Below are positions 34,023 to 34,058 of a stretch of 34,058 nt of DNA, piece by piece; the first letter of the stretch is position 1, and each line of letters starts with the position of its first letter. The stretch lies in NCBI RefSeq assembly GCF_001194135.2, contig NC_068989.1, forward strand, positions 92,618,466 to 92,652,523. Direction: 5' to 3'. Both the position numbers and the translations under genes were made by a program. The notes under the pieces were generated by a model. The model saw nothing but the letters and a program-made list of their open reading frames with translations. It had not been told where the DNA came from and did not search any database. This DNA is from Octopus bimaculoides. Its lineage: Eukaryota.

Positions 34023-34058
<36 letters not shown>

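Overview
Eukaryotic, AT-rich, microsatellite-dense DNA with roughly 4 kb of N gaps. The SINE families and repeat texture match what I recognise from octopus (coleoid cephalopod) draft genomes; this is an inference from recall, not a database hit. No intact protein-coding gene can be supported. Almost every entry in the ORF track is a (CA/TA/GT/AAT)n or N-gap artefact. The only protein-like translations are broken retroelement or transposon remnants: an L1/Tx1-type ORF2 piece (11.3-11.8 kb), three stacked R4/Dong restriction-like-endonuclease 3' ends (22.1-23.6 kb), a Penelope-like RT fossil (31.45-32.0 kb) and a mariner transposase C-terminus inside a MITE (32.2-32.5 kb). About five tRNA-derived or tailed SINE families are present. 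The main findings are: (i) two near-perfect minimal type I hammerhead ribozyme motifs with palindromic stem III (5971-6029 plus, 7709-7748 minus), each with a single core lesion; (ii) a head-to-tail chain of diverged R4/Dong copies, each sitting in the (TAA)n tail of its neighbour and sharing a 3' motif; (iii) four long fold-back structures, one with a steep identity gradient towards its loop; (iv) a hairpin-rich LINE-like 3' UTR embedded in (AGAT)n; (v) a stand-alone tRNA-like cloverleaf with a T5 terminator; and (vi) a local contig mis-ordering at 15.9-18.8 kb that can be shown from the sequence itself.
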